From contig NZ_JAQFIQ010000010.1 in NCBI RefSeq assembly GCF_029504745.1, forward strand, positions 1-32,000: a stretch of 32,000 nucleotides of DNA, given 5' to 3'. Each line of letters starts with the position of its first letter. The stretch's first letter is position 1. The notes under the pieces were generated by a model. That model was not told the DNA's origin. It saw only the letters and a list, made by a program, of their open reading frames with translations, and did not search any database. Origin of the DNA: Breznakia sp. PF5-3. Lineage in GTDB: Bacteria; Bacillota_I; Bacilli_A; Erysipelotrichales; Erysipelotrichaceae. This document shows positions 16,424 to 24,500 of the stretch, one piece after another. Both the position numbers and the translations under genes were made by a program.

Positions 16424-16940
16424 AAGGCGTTACACTCCTAAAATGATAAAAACTGGTAAGTGATACGATTTCAAAATATTCAAGCGGACTCACCTTAGAA
16501 TCAATAAAAGTACGCCCCTTAATTAACAATACCTCATTATTATCTCCATCTAATTCAAGAAGCTTTAATTCTTGCTCAGTCCCATCAACTATTAATATTT
16601 CTTCCTCACTTCGTATTGTTCTAATACCATATTTACTATTCAAAATATAATAAAAAGAATCTTTTTCAAAATCATATTTTTCAATTCCCTCTACCATTGT
16701 ATAATCAATATATATTTTTTCAATGGATCTTGGTTTACCTTCCACAATTCGCACTTTTTCCAAATGAAAAATCTTTGCTGCAATTGGCAAATCTAACTGT
16801 TTACTAATTCTTCGATTTGCTTCCATAATCTCACACTTTAAAACCTTATATTCATATTTTAATTTTTGCGCTTTAATTGCATCCGTAACCGAAGAAAATT
16901 TATCTAGCTCTTTTAAAATATACACATCTTTATCTTCCAT
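16416..16940 (-). CDS. Stand-alone UTRA-domain protein (GntR/HutC effector domain without HTH)
   Basis: The 174-aa protein shows a UTRA-like pattern (..KVLKCEIMEA....SKQLDL......HLEKVRIVEGKP.SIEKIYI......SFYYIL....G...........ILIV......KLLEL......LLIKGRTF.....PLEYFEIV..). There is no room for an HTH upstream. Its stop overlaps the GntR ATG by 8 nt. Confidence 0.7.
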   Translation of the reverse strand: MEDKDVYILKELDKFSSVTDAIKAQKLKYEYKVLKCEIMEANRRISKQLDLPIAAKIFHLEKVRIVEGKPRSIEKIYIDYTMVEGIEKYDFEKDSFYYILNSKYGIRTIRSEEEILIVDGTEQELKLLELDGDNNEVLLIKGRTFIDSKVSPLEYFEIVSLTSFYHFRSVTPYE

Positions 16941-16981
16941 AAGCCCTCATTTCTGATAACTAATCAAATTCAACTACCGCC

Positions 16982-17035
16982 ATTATATCACTCTTTCCAA
17001 AATTGGTATAGTTGTAATTCACAATATACCAATTT
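16982..17035 (-). promoter_or_regulatory. Promoter of the UTRA/GntR pair, overlapped by a perfect 11-bp inverted repeat (putative GntR operator)
   Basis: On the minus strand an extended -10 reads TGaTATAAT (16990-16982). The inverted repeat is AAATTGGTATA (17000-17010), a 14-nt spacer, then TATACCAATTT (17025-17035). It covers the -35 position. Confidence 0.55.
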
Positions 17036-17047
17036 AGAAATTGTTTC

Positions 17048-17935
17048 TTATCCTTTTCGCTCTTTAATAACATCATCTGCTACTAAAGCTCCTATTAACA
17101 GTGATGAATCCTCATTATGTTTTCGATAGTTAGAAAGTACCTTTTGCTCGTCATAATTTGCATAACAATACTTACAAAAATGTTCACAACTATTGTAACT
17201 TCCAATATCAACAAACCCCACACAATTACAATATTCAGAATTTCTTCCTTTCCATTTGCAATACTTCTTTCCACTTAATCGATAAGCAAATTCTTTACTC
17301 ATACAATCTTCCTTGATAAACCCATATTCTAAAAGTCTTCTTTCTTCACAACATGTTTGTACAAGCATTCCACATCGTGAAGCACTGGCTACAAAATGTT
17401 GTCCAATTTGCTTATAATCATCTTCTGTAAATGATTTTATCCGTAAACTATGCTTATGCTCTTTAACATTTTTATAATCATCAATGAAAGAAACAATAAT
17501 ATGTTTTACATACCCTTTTAATAACTCACATACCCGATCAAATGCACGAATATGATAATCTATCGTGTAATAATCATTCAATAAGATTGGATCATATCGA
17601 ACAAATACATTATCACTTCCTAATTTATTTGATAATGCTTTGATACCTTCAATTATATCTATTTTATTTATTACAGATGGTTCAACATCTTGTTTATATG
17701 GTGTTAAGGTCACATGAAATACAATTGGTTGAGTAATTTCATCGAGTCGATCAATTATTGGAAGCGGATTTTTCGTACAGAAAAAGATTATATCAACATC
17801 TGCATTATAAATGCGACTAACCTGTTTAGGATAATAGGGATTTCGAACATCCCAAAACCCTTTATGATATTGCTTCATAAACCATTCACTATAGAAAGCT
17901 ACAATGTCTGTTCTTTGACTCACACTTAAAATCAT
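17048..17935 (-). CDS. DUF1848-like protein with a C-terminal Cys cluster (function unknown)
   Basis: The N-terminus MILSVSQRTDIVAFYSEWFMKQ.. and the C-terminus ..CNCVGFVDIGSYNSCEHFCKYCYAN.. match what I recall of the DUF1848 family. The start was moved to the ATG at 17935, after the SD GAGAGG. Confidence 0.7.
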   Translation of the reverse strand: MILSVSQRTDIVAFYSEWFMKQYHKGFWDVRNPYYPKQVSRIYNADVDIIFFCTKNPLPIIDRLDEITQPIVFHVTLTPYKQDVEPSVINKIDIIEGIKALSNKLGSDNVFVRYDPILLNDYYTIDYHIRAFDRVCELLKGYVKHIIVSFIDDYKNVKEHKHSLRIKSFTEDDYKQIGQHFVASASRCGMLVQTCCEERRLLEYGFIKEDCMSKEFAYRLSGKKYCKWKGRNSEYCNCVGFVDIGSYNSCEHFCKYCYANYDEQKVLSNYRKHNEDSSLLIGALVADDVIKERKG

Positions 17936-18039
17936 GATTAACCTCTCTTTTACCATTTCATCATATCATCATTTATTTCTTTTTAGAATGAGACTTTTTC
18001 TCTTTTTCAATCGTTTTATAATTAAGAAAGGTGGTTATC

Positions 18040-18708
18040 ATGAAACACAAAATAAGTATGTTAATCATATCATTATCATTTTTTCTATGTTATTGTATCT
18101 CTTCCTCATCTGCTCAAGCAGAAGAAAAAACAGACGATGATATCAATCAAGATATAACAGAAGCACAAATAATAAGTGGTTATTGGGAAATTGAAAACTC
18201 TGCCGAAGATACGAAAGAAATATATTGGTTTGAGGAAAATGGACACTTTACTTGGATTTCATCACGTCAAAAAAATGAAAGTTTAATTGGTGTTACAGGC
18301 TATTGGGAATACCACGATAATACGTTACAACTAACAACTACTACTATTCTTGAATGCTTTTCTACACAAGATAATTTTATAGATTCATATACATTCACTA
18401 CCTTTGCTAGTGACCAGTTATTCACTAGAACTTATGAAGTGAAATTCAAGAGTACAACAGACACTACCGCAGATGTTCCTTCATCATTTATGTTAGATGA
18501 TTATCAATACAATCGAATCTCCGCATCAAAAATCGTTTCCTATTGCAAACAATTGGAAGCTCTACGTGATCAAAATATATCCTTTTGGACTAATACAGAT
18601 CATCCAGAAAAAAATGAAACCTTACATCTTGTCATTTCAACAACATTTACTTCACCATCTAATCGTCTTCATGAGATGATTTCAAAATCATTATCACTGT
18701 TTACATAA
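18040..18708 (+). CDS. Secreted hypothetical protein
   Basis: The SD AAGAAAGGTGG precedes the ATG at 18040. The signal peptide is MKHKISMLIISLSFFLCYCISSSSAQA/EEK, with an AXA cleavage site. I recognise no family. Confidence 0.6.
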   Translation: MKHKISMLIISLSFFLCYCISSSSAQAEEKTDDDINQDITEAQIISGYWEIENSAEDTKEIYWFEENGHFTWISSRQKNESLIGVTGYWEYHDNTLQLTTTTILECFSTQDNFIDSYTFTTFASDQLFTRTYEVKFKSTTDTTADVPSSFMLDDYQYNRISASKIVSYCKQLEALRDQNISFWTNTDHPEKNETLHLVISTTFTSPSNRLHEMISKSLSLFT

Positions 18709-18709
18709 C

Positions 18710-20020
18710 TTATGCAAAAACAAGTTTATTCAAATGATAAAACCTTAACGCAACTCCACTTACCAAAAATTCTGTAAGTGGAAATACGCACCACACACCA
18801 AGCATACCAGCAGTTGATGAAAGTAAAAAAGCAATCGGTATGACAAGAATAACCCCTCGTAAAAGCGAGATAATATGTGCTGGTCGTGGATTTTCTGTTG
18901 ATGTATAATACGTAGATAATACAATATTATATCCAGCAAAAATACTACCAAGAAAGTATACTTTTAACCCTATAAAAGCAATCTTTTGAAGATTCGGATT
19001 TTGATCATTGTTGAATACATTCACAATACTATCTGCTCCAAAGAAGATACAAATATAAATACATAAATATATAATCGTCACACTAAGAAGTGCATACTTT
19101 AAAATTGTATGGACTTCTTTTTCCTTTCCACTTCCATAATTTCTACTCATCAAAGGTTGTATTCCCTGTGCTATTCCTGTATATATAGAAATCACCACCA
19201 AAGAAAGATTTGCAATGACACCATATGCTGCTACCCCAACATTACCAGCAAGTTGCATAATAAGGAAATTAAAAACAATCATCACAATACCTGAAGATAC
19301 TTCTGTAATCAAAGAAGGTATCCCACTTGATATGATATATTTTGAAAGCGATAAAGATAGCTTACATCTTATTATCTGAAAACCATTTTTCTTTTTTAAA
19401 AAGATCCAAGATAATACACTTAAGCTAATAATGGGAGCTATTCCAGTAGCCAATACCGCCCCAAAAATACCCATGTTTAAAGGAAACATAAATACATAAT
19501 CAAGAACGATATTAGACAAGCTTCCTGCAATCATTGCAAACATCGATAAGTTAGGATAACCATCATTACGTACAAAACATAGAATTACATTGTTCATTAT
19601 AAACATCGATGAAAAAAGCAAAATAACTTTTAAATATGTATTACACATTTCAAAAACTGCTTCATCTGCTCCTAGCCAAGCTGTTATCGGTTTTGAAAAG
19701 AAAAGTGCTAACATTGTTAAACATGCTGAGATCACAAAAGCCAATATAACTGTATTGGTAAAAGCTTGTTTTGCTTCTTCACTCTTCCTTTGACTTTTTA
19801 AAATGGCATACTTTGTTGATCCTCCTACACCTAACATCAAACCACTACCATGTATAAAACTATAAATTGGAATAGCCAAATTTAAAGCAGTAAGGCCATT
19901 CGCTCCTAAACTTTTTGATACAAAAAAAGTATCTGCTAAGATATACCAAGACAATCCAATCATACCAAGCACATTCAATGATGTGTATCGAAAATATTCT
20001 TTAAAGCATATATTTTTCAT
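18710..20020 (-). CDS. MATE family efflux transporter
   Basis: It has 12 TM segments and the typical MATE N-terminus ..LNVLGMIGLSWYILADTFFVSKSLGANGLTALNLAIPIYSF... The start was moved to the ATG at 20020 (MKNICF..), after the SD GGAGG. Confidence 0.9.
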   Translation of the reverse strand: MKNICFKEYFRYTSLNVLGMIGLSWYILADTFFVSKSLGANGLTALNLAIPIYSFIHGSGLMLGVGGSTKYAILKSQRKSEEAKQAFTNTVILAFVISACLTMLALFFSKPITAWLGADEAVFEMCNTYLKVILLFSSMFIMNNVILCFVRNDGYPNLSMFAMIAGSLSNIVLDYVFMFPLNMGIFGAVLATGIAPIISLSVLSWIFLKKKNGFQIIRCKLSLSLSKYIISSGIPSLITEVSSGIVMIVFNFLIMQLAGNVGVAAYGVIANLSLVVISIYTGIAQGIQPLMSRNYGSGKEKEVHTILKYALLSVTIIYLCIYICIFFGADSIVNVFNNDQNPNLQKIAFIGLKVYFLGSIFAGYNIVLSTYYTSTENPRPAHIISLLRGVILVIPIAFLLSSTAGMLGVWCVFPLTEFLVSGVALRFYHLNKLVFA

Positions 20021-20029
20021 AATACCTCC

Positions 20030-20089
20030 AAAATAAAAAGCGCTACATTTCATATCTTCTATGGCCTAACGATATGAAAGATAACGCTT
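20030..20089 (-). terminator. Leader terminator/attenuator hairpin immediately upstream of the MATE SD
   Basis: In the minus-strand RNA, the 19-nt arms 20089-20071 and 20056-20038 pair with one mismatch and two G-U pairs. The loop is 14 nt. The hairpin is followed by UUUAUUUU (20037-20030; the run of U's starts in the last bases of the 3' arm), then GGAGG (20029-20025). Confidence 0.55.
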
Positions 20090-20139
20090 ATTTCTTTACC
20101 CGGCGGCAAATGCATAAGTCCACTTTTTTTACTCATTTC

Positions 20140-20168
20140 AAAATAGCACACCAATAATTAATTGTCAA
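20140..20168 (-). promoter_or_regulatory. Candidate sigma-A promoter of the MATE leader
   Basis: On the minus strand: TTGACA (20168-20163), a 17-nt spacer, then an extended -10 TGcTATTTT (20148-20140). Confidence 0.5.
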
Positions 20169-20248
20169 ACAATCACCATATTTCCAATATTGAATTAATC
20201 ATAATTTTACAAGTTTTATCAAAAATCATACGAATTATTCCAGATAAA

Positions 20249-20277
20249 TTGATTACTATATATAGTAGTGCTATGAT
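20249..20277 (+). promoter_or_regulatory. Candidate sigma-A promoter of the 130-aa hypothetical gene
   Basis: TTGATT (20249-20254), a 17-nt spacer, then TATGAT (20272-20277). The spacer holds the 14-bp perfect palindrome TACTATATATAGTA (20254-20267). Confidence 0.55.
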
Positions 20278-20296
20278 TTAGAAAAGGAGGATTATC

Positions 20297-20689
20297 ATGA
20301 AAGGAACTATGGAGTTTAAAAACATAACATTTGATAAAGATAGTAAAACTTTTACAATCAAAAATGGAAGCAAAGGCACCTATCCTTATGCTGATATTGT
20401 AAACTGCATGATTGCCAACGATGATGCGAAATTCAAAGGAAAGGATGAACCATTTAAACATACTGTACTCAGCGGAATGTTTCAAATGACAATGTTCACT
20501 AATAAATACGTATATGTTGGTGTTATTTTTGAAATGCGTAATCATCAAAAAGTTTATGTATATGTTTCAGATGAAAAAACACCAATTCAAACATTACAGT
20601 ATCATAAAGATAGAAGAAATGCTGAAACAATAAAAGAATTTGCCAAAAGAATAATCCATAAGTATAACCCCAAAATATCCACTACATAA
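20297..20689 (+). CDS. Hypothetical cytoplasmic protein (130 aa)
   Basis: A strong SD (AAGGAGGA) lies 6 nt before the ATG. A promoter and a terminator flank the gene. I recognise no family. Confidence 0.65.
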   Translation: MKGTMEFKNITFDKDSKTFTIKNGSKGTYPYADIVNCMIANDDAKFKGKDEPFKHTVLSGMFQMTMFTNKYVYVGVIFEMRNHQKVYVYVSDEKTPIQTLQYHKDRRNAETIKEFAKRIIHKYNPKISTT

Positions 20690-20705
20690 AGTGGATATTT
20701 TTTAA
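20673..20705 (+). terminator. Rho-independent terminator of the hypothetical gene
   Basis: AAATATCCACT (20673-20683), loop ACATAA containing the stop codon, AGTGGATATTT (20690-20700), then a T-run. Confidence 0.65.
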
Positions 20706-20707
20706 TT

Positions 20708-20735
20708 TAAAAAAGAGTAGCATACCAGCTACTCT
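20708..20735 (-). terminator. Rho-independent terminator of the cyclophilin gene
   Basis: The minus-strand RNA reads AGAGUAGC-UGGUAU-GCUACUCU followed by U6 (complement of 20708-20713). Confidence 0.65.
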
Positions 20736-20744
20736 TAATCACTC

Positions 20745-21476
20745 TTATTGTGCTTTATATTCTCCATACGTAGTCATTGTAATTTTAATTATATGGATAT
20801 CTTCCACTGGTGTACTCATTTCTCCAGTAGCACTTTCCTTAACCTCAACCGAAGCAAGGGCATCCAAAACATCTAAGCCTTCGATCGTTTGACCAAATAC
20901 TGTATATTGTCCATCCAAACTTGATACTCCACCAACTTCAGCATATTTATCTTCAATAATTTTATCATATTGATAATTCAATTGTTTTCCACTTCCTTGA
21001 ACAATATAAAATTGACTTCCCTGACTATCTTCACTTTGTCCTCTAGCCATTGCTAACGCTCCTTTGAAATGAAAGAGCTCATATGAGATTTCCGTACCAA
21101 ACGTACCACCCCAAATGCTTTCTCCACCTGTTCCATTACCAAGTGGATCACCTGTTTGAACCATAAAATCTTTCATTACACGATGAAATTTCAATCCATC
21201 ATAATAGCCATTTTTCGCATGTGTAGAAAAATTTTCTACCGCCTTGGGTGCATACTCAGGAAACAACACAATCACCATTTTTCCTTTGTCCGTTTCAACA
21301 ATAGCTACTGGTTGATCATCTGGATATGTCTCTTGAAATTGAGCAAGACTCGTCAATTCTTCACGCTCTTCTTCTTTTTCCTCTTTATCTGTAGTTTTAT
21401 CTTCGGTATCGTCATTGCTTCCACAACCACTAATTACAAACATAAAACAAAGAAATATTCCTAAAAACTTCTTCAT
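20745..21476 (-). CDS. Cyclophilin-type peptidyl-prolyl cis-trans isomerase, lipoprotein
   Basis: The lipobox is ..FVISGC/GS. An acidic linker follows, then a cyclophilin core (..FHRVMKDFMVQTGDPLGNGTGGESIWG.. ..GSQFYIV..). Confidence 0.9.
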   Translation of the reverse strand: MKKFLGIFLCFMFVISGCGSNDDTEDKTTDKEEKEEEREELTSLAQFQETYPDDQPVAIVETDKGKMVIVLFPEYAPKAVENFSTHAKNGYYDGLKFHRVMKDFMVQTGDPLGNGTGGESIWGGTFGTEISYELFHFKGALAMARGQSEDSQGSQFYIVQGSGKQLNYQYDKIIEDKYAEVGGVSSLDGQYTVFGQTIEGLDVLDALASVEVKESATGEMSTPVEDIHIIKITMTTYGEYKAQ

Positions 21477-21532
21477 ATTACCTACTCCTAACCATTTCTA
21501 ACATCCATAGAAATTCCTATTTCATTTTATCA

Positions 21533-21561
21533 CAAGAAAAGCACTCTTTCGAGTGCTTTTC
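21533..21561 (-). terminator. Rho-independent terminator of the giant surface protein gene
   Basis: The minus-strand RNA reads AAAAGCACUC-GAAA-GAGUGCUUUU (21560-21537), ending in a UUUUCUUGUG tract whose first four U's belong to the 3' arm (21540-21531). The hairpin starts right after the stop codon. Confidence 0.75.
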
Positions 21562-24500
21562 TTACTTTTTACTAGCAATTAGTCTTTTTCTATTCGCAAT
21601 TAAAATCGCTCCAGATAATACCATCAAACTTAGTAAAGTGTTTACATCTGTTGTATCTCCTGATGCTACTCCTTTCGCTGATGTTGCTGCTTTGCTTGGA
21701 CTACTTACTTTCTTTAATCCATTCATCGCTTTTTCTAATTTCAATTCTGCTGCTTTTACTTCTTCTTGTGTTACTTCTTCATTATTCAAGACTGCTTGTG
21801 CTTCTTTGATTGCTGCATTTAATGTATCTACACTACCTGCTGTGTATCCTTTTACTTCTAAGTTGTTCGCTTTTGTAACCATCTTAGATAACGCACTTGT
21901 ATCTGCTTTCAATCTTGCTTTTAACTTCTCTTTTGTTAGTGCTTTTGTTGCTGCATCAATCTCGGCTTGTGTTTTACCATTTGCTAATACATTCTTAGCA
22001 CTTTCTAATGCTGTTGGTAATCCTTTGATTGATGATGCTACATACTTCGCTTTGTTTGCTAAGATCTTTTCAACCGCTGCGATTTCTCTTTCTAACGCTT
22101 CTGTATTGATCTTTCTTTCCAATCCATTGATTGCATCAAACAAGTCTTTGTATGCTTTCGCCACTTGTGCTTCTGTTGCATCATCATTCGCTACTATCGT
22201 TTTCGCTGCTGCCAATGCTGTTTCTAGTTTTACCCAGCTTTCTGCACTGTAGTCTGCTTCTGCATACTTCTCAGCAATGATGATAAGTGATGTCAATTCA
22301 CTCTTATCAACAATATCCCACAACTGACTCATTGCATCCGCAATCTTGTCTGTTGCTGCGATAATCGCTGCTTTGTCTTTGCTGTTTGCTTCTACTAATG
22401 CTTTTCCTTCATCTACTGCTTTTTCTAATTCTTTTACTTTTCCTGGTCGATAGCTACTTGTATCTCCATCTAAGATATCTTGTGCTATTTCCACATGTAT
22501 CTCAAGTGTATCTAGTAAAGAATTCGTTTCTGCTTTATTCGCTTCTAATGCTTTCTTTGCATCCAATAAGTCTTCTATTGCTTTGCTTACTTCACTTGAT
22601 GAAAGGTCTTCTCTACCTTTTGCTAGTAATGTTTCACTTGCTTCAATAAGTGTTTTCATACCTGCAAAGTCTGCTTCTAAGAAATCATCTTCCATTGCTT
22701 TACAAGTATCTATTAATGTTTCTAATGCATCTACTGCTGTTTCTGATGCACGTGGTTCTAGATTCTTAATTGCTTCTTCTAATGCTAATTTAGCTACTTT
22801 TACTTCAATAGCTGAAGCATTTTCATCCAAATTCACAGCTGTTTCATAAGCATTCATAAATGTGTTCCATGAAGATGATGTCATTGTATCTTCTTTATCA
22901 TTGTCGATGATTGCTTCTGCTTGTTCAATTAGTGCTTGTAATTCTCCTAAATCTACATTCTTAGGTCTCAATAATCGCATTTCTGCACCTGAACCATAGA
23001 TACCACTACCATTATTTGAAGTAATTTGAATTTTCACATCCGTAGCTAAAACAGAATCAAATTCAAATACTTTCCAACTTGCATTTCCTACTGGGAATGT
23101 TCCTTCAGCATGTTTTGTATATGACAATCCTCCATCATTACTGATATATACTTCAAATCCTGCAATAGAACCATTTCCTCCATTTGAACGTGGTTTATAG
23201 CGGAATCCTGCAACATTGGTAGCTTCATCTAAATGCATGTTTACCCATGTTTGTTCTCTTGTAGTTCCTTCACCTGACCATTTTGAATGCCATATTGTGC
23301 TATCATCATTATCAAATAAATTAGTTACAGGATCTCCACTTTGTTCTGTTCCTGCTGTTGGTGTTATTTTACTTACATCAATATCATAACTATCATCTGA
23401 TGGATCTGCTGGTACTGGATCTGTAATCCAGAATGATTTTTCATATTGATCTAACCATTCACCTGAAACATGATCTCTAACACGAATGACTACTTCATCA
23501 TCGTATACTTCTACTTGATAAGAAACTTGGTTTCTTTTATCTGCACCTGCCGTATATGCATAACTGTATGATGCCATATCCATCATAAAACCCCAGTCTC
23601 CATGATATAAATCAGCACGATCTACTGTACTATGAATATGTCCAGTGAATAATACTGCATGTGGATGTTTACGTAAAACTGCTTTCAATTGCTCATCTTG
23701 AGCACCAACCAAATCACCTTCTTCATAATTTGCTGTTCCATCAAGAATTTGATGTAAAGAGATAAACGCTGGTTTGTTTGGATCACTTTCACTTAGTGAA
23801 TCATCTAACCATTGCAATTGCTCTTCAGATAAATACGCCCAGTCTTTTAAATCTTTCTCTGTACTTAAAGAAATAAACAAATAACCATCTACCCATTTTT
23901 TGTGGTATGGACTTTGACCATTCCACTCATCACCCATATATGGTGTATTAAATTGTAAATAACGTGTTCTCCATAAATCCGCATTTGGATCGCCAACTGG
24001 ACATGTTGCTACTGTACGATCACTACCTGATTCAGGATTGTTCGTTGAACATAACCAACGAACATCATGATTACCAAGTGTATTCATATAATATCTACCT
24101 TCAATAGCATTTTTAGATAAAATATTAAAATGTGTTTGATATTCACTTAAAGATCCACCATCTGTAAAGTCTCCTGAATTCATGACAACTTTACTATCTG
24201 GATTCAACCAACGAAGATCTTGCAAATAATTATCTAAATTATCCACTTCTCCTCTTTTTCTATCAATATGTGTATCTGTAACTACATTAAATGTCATCAA
24301 AGGATCTGTTTCTTGTTCGAAACGAGCCAATATATTTTTTAAATCTCTTGTTAATCTTGTTACCGTTTTATCATCAGCTCCTGCTAATTTACTTCTAATA
24401 TAAGTAAACCCTTCTTGTGCTTCATCAAAACGTTTTTGTGTTGTACCACCATCAGAAAATACTTTATTAACATGTGCTTCTGCTGCTTCTAACTCTGTTA

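Noticed and set aside
18706-18712. Convergent stop codons of the secreted-protein gene (TAA 18706-18708) and the MATE gene (stop at 18710-18712), only 1 nt apart with no terminator between them.
   Set aside because: The observation is real, but such close packing is common in compact genomes. I found no hairpin or other structure to support a specific antisense-regulation claim.
20095-20112. GCCGCCGGG in the MATE leader, reminiscent of the CCGCCUGGGC element of ZTP (pfl) riboswitches.
   Set aside because: The match is imperfect. The 5' sub-domain (GACUGGCG and the pseudoknot partner) is absent, because the promoter lies only about 30 nt upstream.
20219-20548. 109-aa minus-strand ORF overlapping the 20297-20689 gene.
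   Set aside because: It has no SD. It runs through the promoter, SD and start region of the plus-strand gene, which has a far better promoter, SD and terminator context. Its product has an odd composition.
21638-22849. Long plus-strand ORFs (204, 87 and 88 aa) antisense to the 3' third of the giant surface-protein gene.
   Set aside because: They mirror the Ala/Glu/Lys-rich helical repeat region, since GCN/AAR codons read as open frames on the opposite strand. They have no SD or promoter, and their products are low-complexity. I treat them as artefacts.
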